A DNA stretch of 49,970 bases from Longimicrobium sp. GTDB lineage: Bacteria; Gemmatimonadota; Gemmatimonadetes; Longimicrobiales; Longimicrobiaceae. Under the pieces are notes generated by a model. It saw only the letters and a program-made list of their open reading frames with translations. It did not search any database and was not told where the DNA came from. The stretch lies in the NCBI GenBank assembly GCA_035638875.1, contig DASQZE010000232.1, positions 1 through 49,970 on the forward strand, read 5' to 3'. Every line of letters begins with the position of its first letter. Position 1 is the stretch's first letter. The position numbers were made by a program, and so were the translations under genes. Shown here in pieces: positions 27,676 to 35,536 of the stretch.

Positions 27676-28056
27676 TCACGTGTCGTCGCTCGCCACTCCA
27701 GCTGGCGAGGGAAGGTTGTAGCCGCGCTCCCCGTACGGCTTCAGTTCGTCCAGCCACAGCCGCTCCAGGGCATCGAGCTCGTCGCGGGGATCGGCGCCGG
27801 GCTCGGGCTTCAGCGCGTCCAGCACCTCCCAGGCGAAGCTCGCCTCGCCGTGCGCCTTCCAGTCCGCCTGCAGCTCGCGGTTGCGGTGCGAGCCCATCCG
27901 CAGCTGAAAGCGGAGCGCGTTCTCCGCGCCGGGCAGGTTCTGGCTGGCGCCCACGAGCACCTTGCCGTTGGTCGCGTTGCGAAAGGCGTACACGCCCATC
28001 GGCCGGCCCTCTTCCTTGTATCGGCGGCGCAGGTCCGCGCGCGACTCCGTCATCAT
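27676..28056 (-). CDS. GIY-YIG-like small protein (partner of DUF2087 regulators)
   Basis: MGVYAFRNATNGKVLVG, NALRFQL, ELQADWKAHG motifs; coupled to the upstream gene. Confidence 0.8.
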   Translation of the reverse strand: MMTESRADLRRRYKEEGRPMGVYAFRNATNGKVLVGASQNLPGAENALRFQLRMGSHRNRELQADWKAHGEASFAWEVLDALKPEPGADPRDELDALERLWLDELKPYGERGYNLPSPAGVASDDT

Positions 28057-28646
28057 GGTTTCTCCGTGTTTTCCGTGCGCCAGTAGGCGCCGCCCCCGCC
28101 CTCGCGCCGCATCAATCCCACTTCCACCAGGGAGCGGCGCAGCCGGGCGGTGTCATCGTTGAAGCACAGCAGGATGTCGTTCACCTCCGGCTCCCCGTAG
28201 CGCACGCCCGGCTCGAACGCCTGGACCACGTGCCGCAGCAGCACGCGATACTTCTTCTGCTGCACGGGAAAGGATCGGATGCGGCCGTCCGGCTGGACGA
28301 ACGTGGCCAGCACCTTCCGGTCGAACGCATCCACGTCCACGTCGCTGGCGAACGCCGCCAGCTGCTCGCGGCTCAAGATGCGCTTCGCCACGTCCTGCAG
28401 CGCGTCCAGGTGCAGGGAGTAGACGTTGTTGTAGCCGTCCACGTGCGCCGTGGTGAGCCCCGCCCGCGACAGCCGCGACAGGTGATGCGACACGGTGGAT
28501 GCGCCCAGCCCCAGGTTGGCGGCGAGCTCCTCCACCGCGGCCGGCTTCTGCGCCAGCAACCCGATGATCTTCAGCCGGCTGGGATCGGCCAGCGCCTTGA
28601 AGATTTCCAGGATCTCCTCCGGCACGCTCTCGACGGCGACCGACAT
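28053..28646 (-). CDS. ArsR-family regulator with C-terminal DUF2087 domain
   Basis: FKALADPSRLKII...STVSHHLSRL HTH; GRIRSFPVQQKK, YGEPEVN, DTARLRRSLV; likely start MSVAVE. Confidence 0.88.
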   Translation of the reverse strand: MSVAVESVPEEILEIFKALADPSRLKIIGLLAQKPAAVEELAANLGLGASTVSHHLSRLSRAGLTTAHVDGYNNVYSLHLDALQDVAKRILSREQLAAFASDVDVDAFDRKVLATFVQPDGRIRSFPVQQKKYRVLLRHVVQAFEPGVRYGEPEVNDILLCFNDDTARLRRSLVEVGLMRREGGGGAYWRTENTEKP

Positions 28647-28654
28647 GGATTGAT

Positions 28655-28678
28655 TTGATTCGATGTTCATAGAATTGA
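28655..28678. promoter_or_regulatory. Putative ArsR operator
   Basis: Imperfect palindrome ATTCGATG-TT-CATAGAAT immediately upstream of the ArsR start. Confidence 0.55.
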
Positions 28679-29043
28679 ATTTACACAGGTCGCTCCGGTT
28701 CAGGCAAGCCCCTGTGGAGGGATCCAACGGGAGTGATACCAGATTCTCTGGTTGATTGTGCATTCCAGCATCAAGAGATGGCCTCACGCGGAGTCCGCGG
28801 AGACTGCAGTAGATCTTCGACTGCACAATGAACTGCAGAATTCGGGATGATGCGGTGTGAACGCCGTGGAAGGAGTCCGAGCCGCAAGGATCAATTCCGG
28901 GAATGCGAGATGGAGCGTGTCATCACATCGATTCGGCAGAAGCTGTGGAGGGGCTTGTGCTGGTGAAAAGCTGGAGCGAACCTGGAAGGTCAGGTGCGCG
29001 GTACTGTCTGGATTCTCGCGCAATTTCGACAGGAGGAGTAGCG

Positions 29044-29227
29044 ATGGCTGCAGTACGCATGATCCCCTGGGAGCAGGATGGTGGCTGGCTCGGCTACCTG
29101 GAAGAGTATCCGGACTACTGGACGCAGGGTGAGAGTCTCGAGGATCTTCGAGAGCATCTGAAGGACCGATCTCACGAGTGGCGAGCTCCCGGGAATCCGC
29201 AAAGCGGAGGAGCGGATCGTCTCGTGA
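29044..29227 (+). pseudogene. hicB: HicB-like antitoxin, frameshifted
   Basis: AGGAGG RBS; WLGYLEEYPDYWTQGESLEDLREHLKD, shift, DLTSGELPGIRK...*. Confidence 0.8.
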
Positions 29228-29408
29228 AACGGACGGATTTGATCAGACAGCTTGCGGGGGCGGGTTGTGTTCTGGTGAGGCACGGGGCAGGCACGACGAG
29301 TATCGGAATCCCCAAACCGGAGTTTCCCAACCGGTTCCGCGCCATCGAGAGATCAAGGACCATCTCGCCAACCAGATCCTGCGAATGCTGGACGCGGATC
29401 AGGACTGA
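29224..29408 (+). pseudogene. hicA: HicA-like toxin, frameshifted
   Basis: MKRTDLIRQLAGAGCVLVRHG, shift in a G run, RHDEYRNPQTGVSQPVPRHREIKDHLANQILR. Confidence 0.82.
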
Positions 29409-29476
29409 GCCGCTGCACGGCAGCGAGGCGTGCTGCGCTGCCTTTTGACGATTGCATCGCACGATGCTAGCTGCGC

Positions 29477-29509
29477 GAACGGGACCGGCTCCGATGGCCG
29501 GTCCCGTTC
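29477..29509. terminator. Hairpin between convergent units
   Basis: GAACGGGACCGGC...GCCGGTCCCGTTC. Confidence 0.65.
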
Positions 29510-29578
29510 CTGTTGATGTGCGTGGCGTCTATGAGCGCGATTCAGGAAAACCGTCGCCACAAGCGCGTGGAATCCCCG

Positions 29579-30040
29579 TCAGGGATGCAGCGCAAAGGCG
29601 AGCACGGCGCCGTACAGGGCGCCGACGACCACCTCCAGCGGGGTGTGGCCCAGCAGCTCGGCCAGGCGTTCCAGGTCCAGCTTGTGGTGCTCGCGCAGGC
29701 CTTCGGCGAGTTGGTTGAGGATGCGGGCCTGCCGGCCGGCCGCGCGGCGGATGCCCGTGGCGTCGTACATGGTGATGAGCGCGAAGAACGTCGCCAGCCC
29801 GAACACGGACGAGCCCCACCCCTCGCTCAGCCCCACGCCCACGGCCAGCGCCGTCACCGACGCCGAGTGCGCCGACGGCATCCCCCCCGTGCCGATGAGC
29901 CGCGTGAAGTCGGGCCGGTTCCGGCGGACGAGCGTGCGCAGGAACTTGAAGCCCTGCGCCGTCATCATGGCCAGCAGGGCCAGCGCGAGCGGCGGATTCC
30001 ACCCGATGAGCGGGGCGAAGAGCTCGCGCAGGGCGTTCAC
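29579..30040 (-). CDS. Divergent PAP2 family (DUF212) protein
   Basis: GTGGMPSAHSA, MYDATGIRRAAG and ELLGHTPLEV motifs; GTG start overlaps the ispA stop. Confidence 0.92.
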   Translation of the reverse strand: MNALRELFAPLIGWNPPLALALLAMMTAQGFKFLRTLVRRNRPDFTRLIGTGGMPSAHSASVTALAVGVGLSEGWGSSVFGLATFFALITMYDATGIRRAAGRQARILNQLAEGLREHHKLDLERLAELLGHTPLEVVVGALYGAVLAFALHP

Positions 30041-30978
30041 CGGCCGCGCTCCAGCACGTACGCCGCCAGCGCCTCCAGCTCCGCCGACGCGATCCCCGCC
30101 TCGTGCAGCGCGCCCACGGCCCGCGCCGTCCGCTCGCGCGCCATCTCCTCCGCCCGCGCCAGCCCGAAGAGCGACGGGTAGGTGGCCTTCCCCGCCCCGG
30201 CGTCCTTGCCCGCCGTCTTGCCCAGCTCCGCGTCCGTGCGCGTCACGTCCAGCACGTCGTCCACGATCTGGAACGCCAGCCCCAGCTCGCGCCCGTAGGC
30301 CGTCAGCCCCTCCACCCGCCGCGCGTCCGCTCCCGCCGCCAGCGCCCCGATGCGCAGCGACGCGGCCAGCAGGGCGCCCGTCTTGAGGCGGTGGATGCGC
30401 TCCAGCCCGTCCGCGTCCACGCGCGCACCGGGCTCCTCGCCCAGCAGGTCCAGCCACTGCCCGCCCACCATGCCGCGCGCCCCGCCCGCCTGGCACAGCT
30501 CCGCCACCAGCCGCCCCCGCCCCGCCGCGTCGATCCCCAGGTCGCGCGCGGCGCCGTCCAGCACGCGCACGGCCGCGGGGATGAGCGCCGCGCCCGCCAG
30601 CAGCGCCGCACGCTCGCCGTACACCACGTGCACCGTGGGCCGGCCGCGGCGCAGGGCGTCGTCGTCCATGCACGGCAGGTCGTCGTGCACGAGCGAGTAC
30701 GTGTGCACGATCTCCAGCGCGCACGCCAGCCGGTACACCGCGTCCGGCGGATGCGCCGGACGCACCATTCGCCACGCGGCCACGCAGAGGATCGGCCGCA
30801 GGCGCTTGCCGGGCGTGGCCAGCGCGTAGGCCACGGGCGCGCCCAGGTCGTCCGGCGCACCTTCCGCCAACCCCGGCGCGACGACGGCCAGGGTCGCGTT
30901 GACCCGCTCGCGCTCCCGGTGCAGGAACGCGTCCGTGTCGAACGGCGCCGGCGGGTCCATGACGGCGGACTCGCTCAC
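30037..30978 (-). CDS. ispA: Farnesyl diphosphate synthase / polyprenyl synthetase
   Basis: GKRLRP, HTYSLVHDDLPCMDDD, GQWLDL and FQIVDDVLD motifs. Confidence 0.95.
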   Translation of the reverse strand: MSESAVMDPPAPFDTDAFLHRERERVNATLAVVAPGLAEGAPDDLGAPVAYALATPGKRLRPILCVAAWRMVRPAHPPDAVYRLACALEIVHTYSLVHDDLPCMDDDALRRGRPTVHVVYGERAALLAGAALIPAAVRVLDGAARDLGIDAAGRGRLVAELCQAGGARGMVGGQWLDLLGEEPGARVDADGLERIHRLKTGALLAASLRIGALAAGADARRVEGLTAYGRELGLAFQIVDDVLDVTRTDAELGKTAGKDAGAGKATYPSLFGLARAEEMARERTARAVGALHEAGIASAELEALAAYVLERGR

Positions 30979-31226
30979 GGCTCCCCGGCAAAGTCTTCCA
31001 GGCGGCTGCCGCCCAGCCCGTCGTCCAGCAGCTGGCGGATGCGGTGGTCGGCCCCTTCGAGCACGCCCTCGGCAAAGCGGAGCAGCCGCACGCCCTCTTC
31101 GAACAGGGCCAGCGACTCGTCCAGCTCCAGCGACTCGCCCTCGATGCGCCCCACGATCTCGCCCAGGCGGTCGAGCGCAGCCTCGAAGGTCCAGCCGGCG
31201 TGGGTGTCGGTGGCGGATTGCGCCAT
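30975..31226 (-). CDS. xseB: Exodeoxyribonuclease VII small subunit
   Basis: FEAALDRLGEIV..IE...LELDESLALFEEG; start 31226 or 31232. Confidence 0.93.
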   Translation of the reverse strand: MAQSATDTHAGWTFEAALDRLGEIVGRIEGESLELDESLALFEEGVRLLRFAEGVLEGADHRIRQLLDDGLGGSRLEDFAGEP

Positions 31227-31288
31227 GGTCATCGTATCGATCGAAAGCCTGGGGAGATCAGTGACTGCAAGCGTCAGATTCAGTGCAC

Positions 31289-31878
31289 GTGGGCAGGCAT
31301 CCGGCGGCGCCCCCACCGCTCGCTTAGGCTCGCACCTCCCCCAAAAAAAACCTGGGGGAGGTTAAACTGCGGGTACGTGCACCGTGAAATGATGGTGCGT
31401 CAGGCCGGCTCTGAGCCGGCCGCGGCGGCGGCGATCCGGCGCACGACGTCATCCAGATTGCGCAGAACCTCTTCATTGCGGAAGCGCAGCACGCGATACC
31501 CGTGCGTCTCCAGCGCCTCCGTACGCGCGGCGTCGCGGTCTTGTTGTGCATCGTGGATGCCGCCGTCCACTTCCACCACCAGCCGGAGCGACGCGCAGTA
31601 GAAATCCAGGACGAAGCGGCCTACCGGATGCTGCCGCCGGAACTTCAGGCCGGCGACCTGCTTCTTCTGCAACGCGCCCCAGAGCGCCGCCTCGGCGGCG
31701 GTCGGCTCGCGACGCATGGCCTGCGCCGCCTGCTCCAACTCCGGTGTGGTTCCGCGGATCGTCTTCCGCATCGAGTCTCCCCTCTCCGCACCGAACCGCT
31801 GTTCAACCTCCCCCAGGGTTTTTTGGGGGAGGTGCGAGCCTAAGCGAGCGGTGGGGGCGCCTTTGGATGCCCGCCACC
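31289..31878. mobile_element. Inverted-repeat-bounded DUF559 cassette inserted between xseA and xseB
   Basis: Near-perfect ~85-bp inverted repeats (31289-31372 and 31796-31878), each with an internal CCTCCCCCA..TGGGGGAGG hairpin, enclose one nuclease ORF. Confidence 0.75.
31400..31771 (-). CDS. DUF559 / Vsr-like endonuclease-domain protein
   Basis: MRREPTAAEAALW, KFRRQHPVGRFVLDFYC, VVEVDGGIH, RD..RT..L...GYRVLRF.N motifs. Confidence 0.92.
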   Translation of the reverse strand: MRKTIRGTTPELEQAAQAMRREPTAAEAALWGALQKKQVAGLKFRRQHPVGRFVLDFYCASLRLVVEVDGGIHDAQQDRDAARTEALETHGYRVLRFRNEEVLRNLDDVVRRIAAAAAGSEPA

Positions 31879-31927
31879 TCGGTGTATCACCCGTCTCGCT
31901 CCTACTCACCCACCTCGCTCCCCCGCC

Positions 31928-33316
31928 CTACTCCGCCTCTGCCGCGCCCTCCACCGCCTCCACCCGCGCCGTCACCGACCCGTCGACCACGCGCAGCCGG
32001 AATTCCGCGCCCGGCGCAAAGTCCGCCGCGCGGCGCAGCACGCGGCCGGCGGGGTCCAGGGGGACGGCGTAGCCGCGGGCCAGGGTGGAGAGCGGCGACA
32101 GCGCGTTCAATCGCCCCGCCAGCGCGGCGATGCGGTCGCGGCGGCCGGCCACCAGCCGCTCGCGCGCGTCGCGCAGGTCCAGCCGCGCCTCGAACAACCG
32201 CTCGCGATGGTTCTCCACACGCTCCGCCACGCACCGTCCCATCCGCCCCCGCAGGTCCACCAGCCCGCGGCGCAGCGTCAGGCGGTCCGGCACGGCGGCC
32301 TCGGCGGCGGCGGAGGGCGTGGGCGCGCGCAGGTCCGCGACCAGGTCCGCGATGGTGAAGTCCGTCTCGTGGCCGACCGCGCTGATCACGGGCACGGGCG
32401 ATTCCGCGATGGCGCGGGCCACGGGCTCTTCGTTGAAGGCCCACAGGTCCTCCGTGGATCCCCCGCCCCGCCCCACGATCAGCACGTCCGCGCACCCCGC
32501 CGCGCCAATGCGCCGGATGGCCGCCGCGATCTCGTCCGCCGCGCCCTCGCCCTGCACCCGCGCCGCGCTCAGCACGATGCGCGTCCACGGCGCGCGGCGG
32601 CGGATCACGCTGATCACGTCGTGCAGCGCCGCGCCGGCAGACGACGTGACGATCCCCACGCACGCCGGATGCAGCGGGATGGGGCGCTTCCGCGCGGGGG
32701 ACGTGAGCCCCTCCATCTCCAGTTTGATCCGCAGCCGGTCGAACGCCAGCTTCCACAGCCCCTCGCCCCGCGCCTCCAGCTCCGAGACCACGAGCTGGAA
32801 CTCGCCGCGGCCCTCGTAGATGGTCAGCTTGCCCAGGGCGCGGACCTCCATCCCCTCGGCCGGCTGCGTGGGCAGGCGCTTGGCGTCCGGCCGCCACATC
32901 ACGCAGCGCACCTGCGATTCGCGGTCGCGCAGGGTGAAGTAGCAGTGGCCCGACTTGGCCCGGGTAAAGCTGGTCACCTCGCCGTTCACCCACACGGCGG
33001 AGAACATCCCCTCGATCAGGGCGCGCGCGGCCGCGTTCAGCGTGGTGGGCGTCCATCCGCCCTCCGGCGTCTCCTCCTTCTCCTTCCGCTTCACCGCGGG
33101 CGCACGGCGGGGCTTGGCGGACTTGACCGGGAGCAGGATCTCCTCCTCGATCTCAGCCATGACCTCCATCTCCACCGACGCCTGGATGGGATCGGCGAGA
33201 AAGCCCGCGTCCGCCTGGCGCGCGGCGACGCGGCGCGCCACGTCCTCGTTGCGCGTCTCGTTCAGCTCGCCAGGTTTTTCGGCGGCCGCGGCGGAGGAGA
33301 ACAGGTCCCAGCTCAC
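31928..33316 (-). CDS. xseA: Exodeoxyribonuclease VII large subunit
   Basis: VWVNGEV..F....SGHCYFTL, GRGGGS.EDLWAFN and SAVGHETD motifs; GTG start overlaps the folD stop. Confidence 0.95.
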   Translation of the reverse strand: MSWDLFSSAAAAEKPGELNETRNEDVARRVAARQADAGFLADPIQASVEMEVMAEIEEEILLPVKSAKPRRAPAVKRKEKEETPEGGWTPTTLNAAARALIEGMFSAVWVNGEVTSFTRAKSGHCYFTLRDRESQVRCVMWRPDAKRLPTQPAEGMEVRALGKLTIYEGRGEFQLVVSELEARGEGLWKLAFDRLRIKLEMEGLTSPARKRPIPLHPACVGIVTSSAGAALHDVISVIRRRAPWTRIVLSAARVQGEGAADEIAAAIRRIGAAGCADVLIVGRGGGSTEDLWAFNEEPVARAIAESPVPVISAVGHETDFTIADLVADLRAPTPSAAAEAAVPDRLTLRRGLVDLRGRMGRCVAERVENHRERLFEARLDLRDARERLVAGRRDRIAALAGRLNALSPLSTLARGYAVPLDPAGRVLRRAADFAPGAEFRLRVVDGSVTARVEAVEGAAEAE

Positions 33317-34221
33317 CGGAGCGCGGCGGCGGGGCGGCGGCGGGCGGCATCGTGCGCCCGGCGGGCCGCGGTGATGGTGTTGCGCAGCAGCATGGCGATG
33401 GTCATCGGCCCCACGCCACCAGGGACGGGGGTGATGGCGGACGCCACCTCCGCCACCGCGTCGAAGTCCACGTCGCCCTTGATGACGTAGCCCCGGGGGG
33501 ACGACGGATCGTCCACGCGCGTCACCCCCACGTCGAACACGGCCGCGCCCGGCTTGACCATGTCCGCCGTGATCAATCCCGGCTTGCCGACCGCGACGAC
33601 CAGGATGTCGGCCATCCGCGTGTGCTGCGCCAGGTCGACCGTGTGGCGGTGGCAGAGCGTGACCGTCGCGTTGGGCCCCGGCGCCATCAGCAGCGACGCC
33701 AGCGGCTTGCTCACGATCAGGCTGCGCCCCACGACGACGGCGTGCTTGCCGTGCGTGTCGATGCGCTCGCGGCGCAGCAGCTCCATGATCCCCTCCGGCG
33801 TGGCGGGGACGAAGCCGTTGGGATCGCCCACGAAGGCACGGCCCACGTTCATGGGATGGAATCCGTCCACGTCCTTGTTCGGCGCCACGCGCTCCAGGAA
33901 CGCCTTGGAGCTCAGGTGCACCGGCAAGGGGAGCTGGACGAGGATGCCGTGGATTGCGGGATCGGCGTTCAGCCCGTCGATGGTGCCGAACAGTTCGTCG
34001 GCCGACGTGTGCTCGGGGAGGTGGAGGACGCGCGAGTGCATCCCCGCCTCCTGGCACGCGCGGGCCTTGCTGCGCACGTACACCTCGCTGGCGCCGTCGC
34101 TGCCCACCAGCACCACGGCCAGCCCCGGCACCGTGCCCCCCGCCCGAAGCTGCGCCACCTCCGCCGCCGCCTCTTCGCGGATGGAGCGCGCCACCGCCGT
34201 CCCGTCGATGATCCTGGCCAC
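33313..34221 (-). CDS. folD: Methylenetetrahydrofolate dehydrogenase/cyclohydrolase
   Basis: IIDG, GILVQLPLP, KDVDGFHP and ITPVPGGVGPMT motifs. Confidence 0.97.
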   Translation of the reverse strand: MARIIDGTAVARSIREEAAAEVAQLRAGGTVPGLAVVLVGSDGASEVYVRSKARACQEAGMHSRVLHLPEHTSADELFGTIDGLNADPAIHGILVQLPLPVHLSSKAFLERVAPNKDVDGFHPMNVGRAFVGDPNGFVPATPEGIMELLRRERIDTHGKHAVVVGRSLIVSKPLASLLMAPGPNATVTLCHRHTVDLAQHTRMADILVVAVGKPGLITADMVKPGAAVFDVGVTRVDDPSSPRGYVIKGDVDFDAVAEVASAITPVPGGVGPMTIAMLLRNTITAARRAHDAARRRPAAALR

Positions 34222-34228
34222 GATCCTC

Positions 34229-35041
34229 TTATTTCCGTTTGAACTCGCCCTGGAGCACCCGCTCGTAGGGAACGTCCACACGCTCGATGGAGCGCGCAAG
34301 CCCCGTCTTTTCATCCACGTCCACCACCGCGCCCTGCACGCGCAGGTCCCCGTCCGCGGGCTGCATGCGCTCGCCCTTGGACTGCCGCAGCTGCCGGTCG
34401 AGCGAGATGTCGGCCTTCATCCCGATGACGCCGTCGTGCCCGCCCGTCATCCCCAGGTCCGTGATGCGCGCCGTCCCCTTGGGCTGCACGCGCTCGTCCG
34501 CCGTCTGCACGTGCGTGTGCGTGCCCACCACGGCCGCCACGCGCCCGTCCAGGTACCGCGCGAACGCCTGCTTCTCGCTCGTGGCCTCGGCGTGGAACTC
34601 AACGACGATCACGTCGGCCAGCCCCTTGAGCTCGGCGAGCATGGCGTCCGCCGCGCGGAACGGGTCGTCGATGGGGACCATGAAGGTGCGCCCCTGCAGG
34701 TTCATCACCGCCAGCCGCACCCCGTCGAACACGCGGACCACGGAGCCGTGGCCGGGGTTGCCGGGCGGAAAGTTGGCCGGGCGCAGCAGGCGCGGCTCCT
34801 CGTCCAGGAGCCTGAGGATCTCCTTCTTGTCCCAGACGTGGTTGCCCGTGGTGATCACGTCCACGCCCGCCTCGAAGAACTCGGCCACTTCCGCCGGCGT
34901 GATGCCGAAACCGCCCGCCGAGTTCTCGCCGTTGGCGATGACCACGTCCGCGCGCACGTCGCCCTTGATGAGCCGGAGCAGCTGCTTGAGCACCCGCCGC
35001 CCCGGCGACCCGATCACGTCCGCGATGAAGAGAATCCGCAC
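34229..35041 (-). CDS. ymdB: YmdB/TIGR00282 metallophosphoesterase
   Basis: ILFIADVIG, NGENSAGG.G, GNHVWD, HAEATSEK and GTHTHVQTAD motifs. Confidence 0.93.
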   Translation of the reverse strand: MRILFIADVIGSPGRRVLKQLLRLIKGDVRADVVIANGENSAGGFGITPAEVAEFFEAGVDVITTGNHVWDKKEILRLLDEEPRLLRPANFPPGNPGHGSVVRVFDGVRLAVMNLQGRTFMVPIDDPFRAADAMLAELKGLADVIVVEFHAEATSEKQAFARYLDGRVAAVVGTHTHVQTADERVQPKGTARITDLGMTGGHDGVIGMKADISLDRQLRQSKGERMQPADGDLRVQGAVVDVDEKTGLARSIERVDVPYERVLQGEFKRK

Positions 35042-35087
35042 GTACGGCCTGTTCGTAAGATGATGAGTCCCGCGCCGGCAGCAGCCC

Positions 35088-35265
35088 GCCCCCCTCCCCG
35101 TCCCTCCCCCGCAAACTGCGCGGGGGAGGGAGAGAAAACCTTGCCTCCTCATACCCCGCAAACGCTCACGGACTCCGCCTTCAACCACCCCTCCCCCGAA
35201 AAGAGTTGGGGGAGGGGTCGGCCGCCGTTGCGAGGAACGAGCAAAAGGCAGCCGGGGGAGAGGGC
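35088..35265. repeat. Gene-less inverted pair of family B-like hairpin repeats
   Basis: CCCTCCCCCGC..GCGGGGGAGGG (35101-35131) and CCCCTCCCCC..GGGGGAGGGG plus GCGAGGAACGAGC..GGGGGAGAGGGC (35187-35265), in opposite orientation. Confidence 0.6.
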
Positions 35266-35536
35266 TCCCGTTGCATCGCGACGGCCGATGAGCCACAGCC
35301 CCCTCGCACGGCGGAGAATACACCCGCCATCCCCGAAGCGCGAGTCCGACCGAACATAATCCGAATATCGATGTTCGTCCATCCACCTTTTCCGGCCCCA
35401 GCGGTACCGAAAATCCTGGATCTCCAAGCAACGCAGCAGCTTGAAAGCGGCGGAGCCGTGCGGGACCGGCTTCGTACAACGCAAAAGCCCGCCGGAACGG
35501 TCTCCAGCGGGCCCTGCGGGAACCTCGTCCTCCCGG

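Noticed and set aside
28690-29040. Lower-GC stretch upstream of hicB (a similar one lies at 43720-43900)
   Set aside because: No ORF with recognisable motifs; possibly decayed foreign DNA, but not assignable.
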